Notes under the pieces: generated by a model | What the model saw: the letters and a program-made list of their open reading frames with translations, nothing else | The model's database searches: none | Told to the model about the DNA's origin: nothing | Origin: Lama glama | Taxonomy: Eukaryota | Length of the DNA: 64,000 bases | Direction of reading: 5' to 3' | NCBI GenBank assembly: GCA_028534125.1 | Contig: CM052817.1 | Span: 89,158,001-89,222,000 of the forward strand | Program-made: the position numbers and the translations under genes | Shown here: positions 12,761-25,800 of the stretch, one piece after another | How positions within the stretch are numbered: position 1 is the stretch's first letter | Layout: every line of letters begins with the position of its first letter

Positions 12761-15700
12761 CTTCTAACCGTTCCATCTATGGAAAAGAAAATACAGCTCT
12801 AAATGTTCATCTATGAAATAAAGCCAATACTATATAAACAGTATGTTTTCAAGTAATAGCCACGTTATAAATTTTGAAGACTGGTAATTTAACAATTTTA
12901 TCAAAAAATCTTTATATATATGCTGTTTGAACATTATTTTAGTTCTATATAACGCTATATAGACTTATTAGTCAAAATTGTCTTGATCTTTGCTTCATGT
13001 GCATTTTTAAATGCTATTATAAATACTACATTGCTTTTAGCCATTTTCCTTTGTAACTACTGGGAGAGAAAACAAAACAATTCTAAGCTTTTACTGTTTT
13101 TCATATGATAAAAATCACCTGATGGCTGGTTAAGAGTGCCTGGTCTGCTCCTCTCTGATAAATTTTCAGTAACACTTTCCAGGTGACAATTTTGGGTCAA
13201 AAATTAGAATGTATTTATGTCTCTGCCTCTTACTTCCTTCACTGTAAATTCTGAACAGAAGAAAATATTAGTTAAAAAAAACCCTTAATACATTTATTAT
13301 AAAGTGTGTATTTCTTGTGTTTAACTGATACAGTTGTCAAAAATTCTGCATGTGCTGTAGATAGAACTTATATTTGATAGTAATCAGTTTTATGACTATA
13401 GGTATCTAATTTTTCCAGATATAATTTTAAATATGGTGACAATATGAATTAGATTTGTTTTAAATATATTGTATCATTATGGATGTGACTTAGTTAACAG
13501 ACTTTAATTGTAGAAGACATGCAAAAGATGAAGCTTCCAAATTTCATTGGAAAAACCTCCAAAGAGTTTTGATATGAGAGATGCTATCATACTTTATTTA
13601 TTCAGAGTATTTTTGAGTTCCTACTTGAAATTTGAATTTTCAAACTGATGTTTGAAAGTAATAAAGCAAGAGTGGTTAATAGTTCTGATAATCTGAGATT
13701 TTGATAAGTAGTTCTAGTTATTTTAGACTCGGTAGATGGATCTTAATTTTCTTCCAAAAGAAAGAAAGTTTCCCATTACCAGAACATAGGCTGATATCAA
13801 ACTTTTCAGTATTTCACAAACTATAAAATTTAAAAGAGACTTCTGTGCTGTTTTCAAGGTGTGAAGTGTTCAGTTATCTGTGAAAATTGAGATTATATTT
13901 ACTGTTTTCTATCATCGTCATCATTTTTATCAACTGAGGATATTATTTGGGTAACAATGAATAGACAGAAATGAGTAGGCTAGTAGTGACCTTCATAATT
14001 AAAACATATAGCTAAAAAACATCCTAAACAAAAAGGCAGAAAATGCCTGAACACATAAAAGATTATAAACATGAATGTCAATCACAGATATACCCAGTAT
14101 GCATGTATTTAAATATATTGGTAGACAAATCTCTGTGCAATGTCATTTTTTAAGCTTGTCTCCTTCTACTCTAATAAGTGAAGGGGAGCTACCGAGAGGT
14201 CAATTAAAGTTGAATAACTAAGCTCCAGCCCAGCATTTTGAAGGAACCAGGATTATAGTTTACTACTTATTAAAAGCAGTTCATTAAACAATTTAGAGTA
14301 ATGGCTTGGAGTTCTGTTGGTAGCTATTAGTATTGCTGATTGTGAAGCAGCTGCTTGATTTAATTTGAAAACACTTGTTCTTTTCATTTACAAGCAAAAT
14401 TAGCACCTACACTCTTGCCAATAAATTAGACATTGTACCTATTGTGAAATGAGAACCACTAACTACTGATTGTAATTAGAGCCGATAACCTGTCACACTT
14501 GCCTTAGGGCCTCTCGTTCCGATGCTTATCCTTACCTTAGAAAACACACAACTGATGCATCTTGGATATCAAAGTTCCTTGGTAAATGTCGTGCTTTTTT
14601 TTTTTTTAAGTAAACATCTGGTGGAGTAATGCACCAAATAATCCTAGTTGTTGTGTATGTTGAAGGGAGTTCCACTGTGTGTAACAGCACAGATAGGAAA
14701 TATAATATAATTCAGTGGAAGTTTGCTACCGAATTAGTTTCGCAAACGTATAAGGCATAGTGTTATTCAGGAGTGCCTTAAACTCATAAGAACACAACTT
14801 TTATTAGTGTCCTCAACCACTTTTAAAAAACAAGATAAGAATAGCTATATTGTGTTTAGTAGTGAATTGGTTATTTGACTTTTCGAAATTGCTTACTAGC
14901 AGTCTTCCTAACCCCCTCCCCACACTCCACCCCACACCCTTCCACTACTCACACACACCTGGCAGAAAAATTTAACCTATTGCATATGCTAGGAAGATAT
15001 GACCACGTTTATAACAAATTTTCTAAATGCACAGTAGTGTATTACCAGGTTGTTCTCTGTCTAGAATCTGCTAGCTAGGCTAGCCAATATGATTTAGATT
15101 AGATTTCTAAATATAACCATCTGTGGAGTGATTAAAGACATTCTAAGAATGAAGATGACAGAAGATTTTGGTAAGAATGTCTGAATCCAGGCTCTGTAAT
15201 GACTGCAAAGAGACATAATTCAAATAGATATTCAGCTGTCTCAACTACCTTAAAAACTGAAAATACGTAATTAGAGTGGATTTTTGATAATGGTATATTT
15301 ATTGATCAATATTCAGTTCTTCCTCATCAAACATAGCCTATACCCAGCACCTGGTTTTTGACTTCTGTCAGAGCATTAAGGCGAAAAATGATGGATTTGA
15401 GTCAATCTAAGCAGATACAGAGCTGGGTTTGGGTTTTGTGGTTACTTAGGTTAACTATGGTGTGCTTGTAATGTTACAGGATCCTGGGCCAAGGGCTGTT
15501 TCCTGCTCCTGCTGCAAAGGCAGACTTGTTTCTTTTGTCTCTCCCCCGTCCTATGAGGAAGTATTCAGGCTAGGCTGAGGCGATGTGTCTTTCCTGCAGC
15601 CAATCCCCTCCACACCCCTACCCCACTGAGGCAGGCTCTCTGATTACCTGCTCTTCCCTCGACTTTCTCCTGAATACAGATGGGCATTCACGAAGAACAA

Positions 15701-16719
15701 TCTGCAAATAGTCCTCCCGTGTGGTGTTCTCAGGGGTCCTAGCACATCGCACTGTCTCACACTTGGCCTTTAGCATTTTGTTGAAACTCCAGCTGATTTC
15801 TCCTTGCCTTCCTAGATGGTGGCTCACACCACTAGCTACCATGCTCTGTACAAGTGAACTGTCTACTTAAAAGGTTGTTTCCTCCTGGAATTTAGGCAAC
15901 TGTTTGTCCTGGCACCTCAGTGTTCTGACGGTTTCAAGAAAAGTACTCACTTTATCTGTTATCCTGCTCTTTTTTGATTTTAAGTGTGGAATGATATTCT
16001 GTTCAGTTTGCTACATCCTAGACAGAAACTGCCTATACATTTTGATCATTTGTCACCACCTTCCCCTGCCCCCTCAAAGGCTTCTGAGCTAAATTAGGAT
16101 TTCATTTGGAATTCCTATTGAAGTAATTTTTGGTATGTTTATAAGTCAATAAAGTACTAAATAGTCCATGGCAATTTTAATACTTAAAACAGTTTGAACC
16201 TTGGCTTTATATACAACAGAGAAGTTTTCAAGTATTTAAGAACTGTGATTTTTATTAACTTTTTTACATATGTTGTTTTGCATGGGAACATGACACAAAT
16301 TAGAAGAATCAAAAATACCAGGTTCCATTCACTTGAAGGAGAAAATATTCCTGACAGTTGACATTGCAATTCTTACTTCACAATATTTTTACAAAACCTT
16401 TTCATTTGAAATGATATGGCTTAGCTGAAATAGTGGATGTCTCTTCTAATGTGTTACAAAATGACCAAGTCCTTAAAAATGGAAGCTAATATTTTGCACA
16501 GTTGGTGTAAAGAATCCACTGCAACACTTCTGATAAAATATTTTGCTTAAAGCCCGTTGCTCTTATTAACTATTTTATGTGTTGAATCAGTTCAAAATTA
16601 TATGGCCCCGTATAACCTAATCATTCTTATCCTTCACAAACTGCTCTCTATTTATTCATAACTTTACTCAAAATATATTTTAATCCAAATACATCCTTTT
16701 CATTTTTCTCACATACCTT

Positions 16720-17095
16720 TTGCTGTGTATTATATATTAGCTCTCTCACCTGTCATTAGTCTTTTCTTCTTTATTCTCTTTATTTTCTTTCAGGATTTAT
16801 CCAAACTATGACCTACTTGATGAATCTTTCCCCAATTATTCCATTCCATACTTGTTTCTGTCCCCTTGGCTAGAACGCCACTTTATTGTCCTGTAGTTTA
16901 TAGTTTCTAATGAGCGATCTAATTAGGCACGTTCTCCAGTTGTTGAGGTATTAGTCTCTTCTCCTCCTGAGAAGAATGTGAGGTTCCCAGGGAACAAGTA
17001 ATGCCTATGTTTTCATCTAACATCATATTTCCCTAAAATACAGCTGTTACAGTGCTCAGCATCATGTATTAGCCAATAATTAATTGACATCACTG
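16720..17095 (+). mobile_element. L2 3' fragment
   Basis: Pyrimidine-rich body, then GAGAAGAATGTGAGGTTCCCAGGG and ACAGTGCTCAGCATCATGTATTAGCCAATAATTAATTG, a decayed L2 3' terminus. Confidence 0.45.
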
Positions 17096-18099
17096 GTTAA
17101 GGTATGTAGTGAAATTATATAAATAATAGTTTCATAGAAAAATCTCTGCCTGGGTTCATAATTAATTCAGTCACTGTAAAAATCAAAGTCAATTCAGGAA
17201 AAAAAGAAATCTAATTTGAAATAGTGTATTGATAAGATTTGTATCATGTTGGAACATTATGTGTTTATTATTTTCAGTCACTGATTTAGGGACATTCATA
17301 TAACCATCATTTGTGAATAGGAAAAAAAGTCATAACTACTGTCTCTAGATATTTCCATTCTTCTGCTCATTGAACTTTGTGCATTAGAACTAAAGTTCAA
17401 ATATCAAATGCTCTAGTGGCCAATGGAAAGTTGTTACAAAGCATTAAAATAATCTAAGCAAACTCTATTTCAAAGATTGAGTCGTTTTTTGAATTGATTT
17501 TAGAAATTACATTTAATATATGTCTTGATGTGCCTTGTATACCAAATCAGAAATTATTTTCTCCCAAATTTTACTTAGTATTTTATTAAACCCACTCTAT
17601 ATAGATATTTGTATATTTACCTCATTAATTTTTTATATTTAATAAGCTTTTTTTAATTTTAGCATAGTTTTAGACTTTAAGTTTTAAAAATTACTAGCAA
17701 GAATTCTCCATATATCCCAAACTCATATTGCCTTATTTTAACCTCTGACTTAATAAGTATCAAGGGGTTTTTTTTTCCTTGAAATATCATTTATTATACC
17801 ACAAAACTGGATTCTAGTATAAGTTTCTGTAAAAGGAAATGTTTGGGATTTTAAGCTATGGATTTTTCTTTATATGAATATAGTACTTGTGTAAACATAC
17901 ACAATAGTGAGACTGGCAAATAACTAAAATTAGACAACCCACATTTGATGATGATAGAGTTAAATACATGTATCCAAAAATGTCAGTCATAAAGGCCTTA
18001 ACATTTTTTCCAAGATTTAATTTGTTGCCTTAGTGTATATTTTATGAAGTTCAATTGTAATTGCACTGTAATAATCTTAGACATGGAGATTTGCAGACT

Positions 18100-18400
18100 G
18101 AGGGGATGGGGGAGGGAGAGATGTGTAGGAAGGGTCAGACACAGTGTTGCTGGCTTTTAAGATGGAAGAGGGTTCAGGAGCTAAAGAATGCAGGAGAACT
18201 CTAGACTTTGGAAAATGCAAAGAAACAAGTTCTTCCCTGTAGCTTCCAGAAAGAAACACAGTCCTGGCAACACTTTAATTTTAGCTCAGTGAAATGCAGT
18301 TCAGCCTTCTGACCTACAAGCAGTAAGATAATAAATGTATGTAATTTTAAGATTCTAAGTTTGTAGTAACTTGTTACAGCAGCATTTGAAAACTAATATA
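18100..18400 (+). mobile_element. MaLR LTR 3' part, MLT1C/D-like
   Basis: TTGCTGGCTTTTAAGATGGAAGAGG, AGCTTCCAGAAAGAAACACAGTCCTGGCAACAC, GTAAGATAATAAATG, AGTTTGTAGTAACTTGTTACAGCAGCA...AAACTAATATA. Confidence 0.85.
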
Positions 18401-18827
18401 ATCCCTCATTTAATAGATCATCTAAAATTGATGTGGGAAAGAGTAAAATAAAATTCAAGAAAGATCCTATTCGATTACCATGGTCAGCTTGGTTTGGCAT
18501 TGGAGTGCTGTTGGGATTGATTTCATGGATTCATGAGGACATAACCTGGCTATCACAGGGGAGCTCACTCACTATCCCATTCATATGACTGAGTGCTTTT
18601 CACCTGTTTGGTCATTGTGAGTTTCTTTAAGTATGCATACTGGCCTTCCATCTTTTATCTCCTGAGTTTTCATCATTGCTTTAGACAGCTTTGCCCCTCA
18701 TGTAACTGCAAGACATCTCTTAATCATGTAGCACACAGCTAATTAGTAGGAGCAATCCCTATAACCTTGCTTAGAAAGGAATATGGAGCTCATAATGACT
18801 TGATAGTTTGCTCAAAAATCATTTGAT

Positions 18828-20156
18828 AGCTTCTTCAGCAAGTGGTGTTGGGAAAGTTGGATAGTCACATGTAAATCAGTTAAGTTAGAACACTCCCTCA
18901 CTCCATACACAAAAATAAACTCAAAATGACTTAAAGACTTAAACGTAAGACAAGATACTATAAACCTCCTAGAGGAAAACATAGGCAAAACATTCTTCGA
19001 CATAAATCTTAGCAATGTTTTCCTAGGGCAGTCTACCCAGGCAATAGAAATAAAAGCAAAAATAAGCAAATGGGACCTGATTAAACTTACAGGCTTTTGC
19101 ACAGCAAAGGAAACTATAAACAAAATGAAAAGACAACCTACAGAATGGGAGAAAATATTTGCAAACAATGCAACTGACAAGGGCTTAATTTCCAAAATAT
19201 ACAAACAGCCCATACAACTCAATAATAAAAACAAAATAAAGAACCCAATCAATAAATGGGCAGAAGACCTGAACAAATATTTCTCCAGTGAAGATATACA
19301 AATGGCCAAAAGGCACATGAAAAAATGCTCAATATCACTAACAGAGAAATACAAATCAAAACTACAATAAGGTATCATCTCACACCAGTCAGAGTGGCCA
19401 TCATTAAAAAGTCCACAAACAAATGCTGGAGAGGGTGTGGAAAAAAGGGAACCCTCCTACCTGTTGGTGGGAATGTAGTTTAGTGCAGACATTATGGAAA
19501 ACAGTATGGAGATTCCTTAAAAATCTAAAAATAGACTTACCATGTGCTCCAACAATCCCACTCCTGAGCATATATATAGAAGGAACTCTAACTTGAAAAG
19601 ATACATGCACCCCAATGTTCATAGCAGCACTGTTTACAATAGTCAAGACATAGAAACAACCTAAACGTCCATTGACAGATGATTGGATAAAGATGTGGTA
19701 TATTTATACAGTGGAATACTACTCAGCCATAGAAAGGAATAAAATAATGCCATTTGTAGCAATGTGGATAGACTTGGAGATTGTCATACTAAGTGAAGTA
19801 AGCCAGAAAGAGTAAGAAAAATACCATATGACATCACTAATATGTGGAATCTTTAAAAAATGACAAGAATGTATTTACAAAACAAACAGATTCACAGAAA
19901 ACAAAGTTGTGGTTACTGGGGGAAAGGGATAGGCAGAGGAATAAATTGGGAGTTCGGAGTTTACAGATACTACTATATATAAAGTAGATAAACAAGCTTC
20001 TGGATAGCACAGGGAACAAGATATTCAATATCTTGTAATAGGCTATAATGAAAAAGAATATGAAAAGGAATATGTATATAACTGAATCACTTTGTTGTAT
20101 ACCAGTAATTAATACAACATTGTAAACTGATGGTACTTTAATAAAAAATAAATTTA
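18828..20156 (+). mobile_element. Young, lineage-specific 5'-truncated L1 (end of ORF2, 3'UTR, A-rich tail) with 14-bp TSD
   Basis: ORF 19125-19370 ([14 protein letters not shown]...KGLISKIYK...[30 protein letters not shown]) is the L1 ORF2 C-terminal region. TSD AAAAATCATTTGAT (18814-18827) / AAAAATTGTTTGAT (20157-20170). Confidence 0.95.
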
Positions 20157-23100
20157 AAAAATTGTTTGATCTACTCATACATCCTCTAATGACAATCCTG
20201 CAGAATGGAAGAAATTTTTATCTGTTGTGATAGATCTATTTGAGATCAGGTCTAATATTGAAATATATCCATTAGCAATGATTTGGTTCACAAATTAACA
20301 GACTACTTGCCACTGTAGTTATTAAAAGCATTGAATTGTTTTACATAATTAGAGATCAGAGATCCAAAATGTCATAGTTGACACAGTGCCACAAATGTCA
20401 TTAAGAACCTAGTTCTCTTAATTATTTCACTCTCCTGTGTATGTTGCCTTTATTTGACCTTTTGAGTTGCCCATCTCAAAGAAATGTGACGTATTTTCAG
20501 AAAGGACGTAGATAGAATAGGTGAAAAGGCTTGGAAACTGGAATAAAAATAATTTTATCCATTACCAGGAACCTGAATGTACACCAGAAACCATTTTTGT
20601 TCTATGAGACTTACTCTTGTGGCTCATTGACAGTAACTAAGCTATATGGCCACTTAATCAGACAATAAATTCATATTTTAAATTTTTAATTGAGAATGAG
20701 CTAAAGTTTATGCCTGTATAATGGTTAACTTTATAGTGAACACTAAAGAAAAAAATAAAAAGGAAGAATAATTTTGAATGATTAACTCTCATCATTAAAT
20801 TATTTAAAAGGTACAAATATAATGTTGTAAAATACATGGCATATGAATTAGATAGACCATGCACTCCATAAAGAAAAGCCCCCAACTAAGATGAGGGAAA
20901 AGAAATTACATGTTCCTATTTTTAAGATACTATAAAAAGCTATGACCAAAATTCATTATTCATGGATTTTTACATATTCAAAACACTGTCATTATTATTT
21001 GGTGATGAATAGACTAACAGTTATACCATCAAGGACACATAGAAAATGTATTTTCTCCAAATTAGCTTTTATCAAGTTGACTATAGCTCCAAGACATACA
21101 TTAGTTTAGGAAGAGATGATTTATATAGATTCCAATAATAGGCTGGCTGTCCTGGATAGCAATCAATAGAGACTTTTTCTTACATTATTCACTTGACTTT
21201 GTCATTTATGCTAACATACAGACGAAGATCATTGTACAAGTTTATAAAGAGATAGTTTTGGCATGTTAAAATAATGCTTTTAAAAAGAACTTTCTACTTT
21301 AGAGAAGTATATTTTTAATGACCTTATAGAATTAACTAACAGTCTTTTAAATCACGGCAACAGCTATCTCATTTTTCACCCTTATTTAAATATTCCCCTT
21401 CACAGAAACTTCTTCATTAATTCTTTGCCAGTTTGAGATGCTTACCTACCGAATGCAATTGAATGCAGATTTTTAATTTCATCTAGATTTTGGTAGTAAT
21501 GATAATGAAAATATGCTTATTATATTTAGCATCAAAACAGTAAGACTGTGCTCCCTAAATAGGTTCAGGGTATTTTTTTTTTGGCTGAGGTGAGTAGTAT
21601 AGTGGCAGGGAGGGGTAAGGGACAAATTGAAGAGATTGGAAAATTACACTCTTAACTACTAAATCATATTACTTTTTCTTGTATACCTTTGTTCACACTC
21701 TTAATAATCTATATTCAGACAAATCTCTTAAAGGGATCTTTGGTTCTTGTTTCCTTAAAATACATTCTTAATATAAAAAATTAAATTTTAAAACAATTAG
21801 CTTGAGTTTATTCTTTATGGAGGTAAAGTAGGGAAAAGTGTGGAAAAGAATATCTGTATGTATAATGATTAGTTACTGACATTATTTTACAAAATAACTT
21901 GTAGCATTTTTCACCTGAGATACAAATATTCCAGGCTCCCCCATATAATTTTAGGTGTACTTATGAAAAAAAATCTCTAAATAGCTATTTCAAATGTCCT
22001 ATTCAGTAAAGTAGTAACTTCATGTAAACTATATAAATTTTTATTAACATAAAAGAATATAAAAATCATTTTCAGAAAAAAACAATATAACAAAACAAAT
22101 TAATAAAATACAAAATATTCTATATGTGTGGAAGCATGGGATATTGGAAAATTATTTCATAAAGCAACTTCCACAGGTCTTGGGAAATACAAATTAGTAA
22201 AAAAAAAAAAAATTGTATACACCCAGTGGCTTTGGGACAGAGTAGCCATAAATTCATGCCTTCAGCCAAAAGCAACTACAAAATATAGCATAATGAAAAT
22301 TTCAAGTACAGATTAGCAAATGATGACATTTTTACTATGCTAGATTCAACTTCATCCATTGCAGTTGAGAACTTGAAATAATTTGACAGCACAATTTGTG
22401 TATCAAGAAGGGAAGTGGGTATCGTACTAAATCTTCTGCAAAAGATTGCACAGGATCATTGAGAAATCTCTCTCCCTCTCCTCTCTCAACTGTTTTTATT
22501 ATAAAGTGCTTCTCATTTTCAAATACTGAAGGAGTACAAGATTAGATAGAGAAGAAAGTAATGCTTGCTTGTAATTCAGCCTTTCAGAGATGACTTATTT
22601 CAAAATACTCTCAAGATTATTGGCCTTCCTCTCTCCCCACCCACCCCCCACCCTTCCTTCATTTATATTCACATTTTTAATGATTTCATGAATTGCTTAA
22701 AAATATTTCTGATGCATGTACCAGAAACTCTGGTTTGGTTCTGGAGATGATGGCACTAATAGATCCCATTTTAAATCATGGAATATGAGATATCTATTCA
22801 CTAGTCTTAAATACATTTCTGGCAAGACTATTTCACTTCCTGGCATACTCACTTTCTCACTGTCCTAAATGACTGTTATATCATATCTCTGTCTTCAGTA
22901 CTCCAACATCCTTTGAACTCTACTTGCTCTTACCTGATGCTTTTGCCATATAATTTAGAAAATATAAATGAGCATTTGAAAGCATCTGATCATCTATCCT
23001 TCCACCACAAAACCTGTCAACACACCAGCATCCATGTGTGGTGGCCAGCTGTATATAAGAAATCTTTTTACCCTCCTCTTAATTTTTTGTAAAAAGAAAA

Positions 23101-23455
23101 CTTCTCTTAAAAAGTGTTCAAAAAAAGGTTTGTATAAAGATAGTATTTTGGCTGAATATTAAGTGGCAATATTTTATCAATAATATTTGCATTCTCTGTA
23201 ACCTTAGAGAAAAGGCATATAGAATGTGTGTTCTGAGAATTTTATGATTACAAAGGCAAACTTCATCTTCTGTTTACTCTGAGCCACAAAACACAACCAC
23301 TAAGATGCTCACAGAATGTCATTCACACAACAGTATAGACCTTTGCATTTATTCTCTCTTAATGGTGTGTTCATTGTATTTCATTATCAGGCCTGTGCTT
23401 CCCAAACTCCTGAGATGCTCATGTTAATCCAACCACATTGGAGCTACTGAGCCAC

Positions 23456-24158
23456 TGCCCCGAGTGGGAAGGGGGCAGGGCACAGCCACTAAAAGAATGA
23501 TACAGCAGTTAGCACCACGATGGTGGAAGATTCAACTTCAGGTAGACTTTGAGCTTCAGTATAAACTCATTGAAATACAACAGCATGCTAAATGACACTC
23601 CCACAGGTGCTAGGACAGTTCCAAGGCTGACCATAAAAGGTCAATAAAGTGAGTGATGGCCCAGTTCCTGTGAATTCCAGCCCCTTCCCTGAAATAGTTG
23701 GAATAATCCTCCCACTTGTTAGCATATGAAGTTACCCAGCCTGTAAAAACAAACAACTTCCACACCTGGTGGCTGATCTCATTTTTCTTAGTTGGCCCCA
23801 TGCTCTAAGGTCACTGCTTTTCCTTCTGAGTAATATCACCTGCATTCTGCCTTTGGAATGTGCATCTCCTAGGCCTTTCCCTTGCTTTTTTGAGATGGCC
23901 CACACTCTGAGTGTGTATCCACTTTCACTTTAACACTGGCCACCAATGCCTCATGGCCTCTCTGGCCTTCTGAGACGGCCTACACTCAGTCTATGGAATG
24001 TCCATCTCTCTGAATAAATCTACTTTTACTCTACCATGACATGCTCTTGAAATCTTTCTTGCACAAAGCCAAGGACCCTCACTTGGCAAGGTGGTCCCAG
24101 AGACTCAGTTGCGACCTGGGACATGGCCATCCTCTCATGGCCTATTCTTCCTGTATCA
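23456..24158 (+). mobile_element. ERV1 solo LTR, MER41-like (cetartiodactyl type)
   Basis: GGGAAGGGGGCAGGGCACAGCC near the start, CATGCTAAATGACACTCCCACAGG, GGAATAATCCTCCCAC, AATAAA at ~24013, CAAAGCCAAGGACCCTCAC, ends CCTGTATCA. Internal repeated GAGA(T/C)GGCC(C/T)ACACTC unit. Confidence 0.75.
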
Positions 24159-25039
24159 CTATCACTTTTTAATTTTCACCCTTTATTATGTCTGAATATG
24201 ACCCCATCTCAACACTATAAATTTTCTCTCCTGTAAATTCTCCAAATGAAAATATACATAATGAAGAGCATGTGATCAAACCCTCTCTCCAGTGTCTGAA
24301 TGTCTGTTTGCTACCCCTGTTCTCTGGGGATGATAAACTCTAGCCACCAAGGTGTGGAAACTGAAAACCAGTATCAGTACCAGGGAAACTGCTTCCTAGT
24401 CCAGGATCCACAGTTTTACAAACTAACCAGATGGTACCATTTCAGTGCTCGATTTTCTTCATCCACAAAGTAGAAATAGAATTTTTATTTAAAAAAAAAA
24501 GCATGAACACAGAGACTCTTTAAAAGTTAATCTCAGACTACATCTTTCATTAATCAGATTGAAGCAAGAGCTGACTGTCAGTGAAATGGTGAAAACTCCT
24601 ATAATGCTGTAGCATCCCCTGGAGTGGATTAGAATAAAGCACAGATTGAAAGGGAAGCACTGGCTTATGCAGAAGCTAGAGAACTTGAATGACATGTGGG
24701 CAATGTTTAAAGATTGTGTACATCTGACTAATCTAAGTTAGAAGTCAAATAGAGAATTATATGTCCAAGTTTTTCTGTATAGCATGCTTTGAAAGCCAAA
24801 GGCAGGTATGGTGGATACATTCATTTCCTTCAGCTACATAGCAGACTATGTTGATATCAGGCACAAACATGTATCATGAAACTGGCAGTGTTATAAATTA
24901 AACTGGTTTTTCCACCTCAAGTGCCCAAACTGTGGTAAAATAAGAGTTCCAACAGTTGGACACCTAAAACTAGAAGAAAGATGATCTGCACACTTACATA
25001 TTAATATTGGTATCTATATTTCAGTTTGTAGATTACCAC

Positions 25040-25543
25040 TGTTACTCAGTCCAAACTCATCCTGCTGGCTGCATGACAGGCCAATAAATAAGGAGATAAG
25101 GTGTTGGGGTGAGGAACAGTGACTTTATTCATAAAGCCAGCAGACAGAGAAGATGTCCTAGAAAACCATCTTACCCAAGTCAGAATTCAGGCTCCTTTGA
25201 TGCTAAAAAGGAGAGGGAGTGTTGTTGGTTGTTATAAATTTCTTGGAGTCAGAATCCTTTGTTCTTGCAGCTGTCCATGTAGGTCAGGTCATGATGTTCC
25301 TATAAACCTCTAACAAGACAAATATTCTCAGTTTTGCAACTTTTTATCTCTGTATGAATGGAAAAGTGTTAGACCCTTAAAGGTCAGAGCCTTGAATATG
25401 GGCTGGCCTGTATACTTCAGGCTATAAGCAACATTCTTTTACAAAAAGTGCAGAGTCAGCATGACTAAGCACAGGAAACAGCACAGGGTTAGAGCTAAAG
25501 GAACAGATCTAATATGGAGTCAGATTTGTTCTTCCCTATTATA
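25040..25543 (-). mobile_element. ERV1-type solo LTR (artiodactyl-type)
   Basis: TGTTAC...TATTATA termini, TTTATT (minus-strand AATAAA) at ~25125, and AATATGGAGTCAGATTTGTTC near the right end, typical of an LTR 5' end read antisense. Confidence 0.7.
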
Positions 25544-25634
25544 GCCCCAGATGAAAGTACATTGGGCAGGGACCTATCTGTAATATTGAGGACATGTTTG
25601 GTGATGATGCCTGATAGTGATAGAGGTTATGGAG

Positions 25635-25800
25635 AAAGACTAACATTTATTGAAAACTGATATGTGCCATAAGTGTTCTAATCTCTATGCGATAGGATCA
25701 TAATACTACCCATTTTGTGGATGGAAACTTAGATTCCATTAAATCTTTTGCCCGAAACCAAAAATTTAGAAATCTTAGAGCCAAAATTTCAGTCTAGTTA
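25635..25800 (-). mobile_element. MIR fragment
   Basis: AACATTTATTGAAAACTGATATGTGCC and core-like TACTACCCATTTTGTGGATGGAAACTTAG. Confidence 0.55.

Noticed and set aside
18812..19378. Longest ORF in the window (188 aa, hydrophobic, minus strand)
   Set aside because: It is the antisense reading of L1 ORF2, a common artefact; not a membrane-protein gene.
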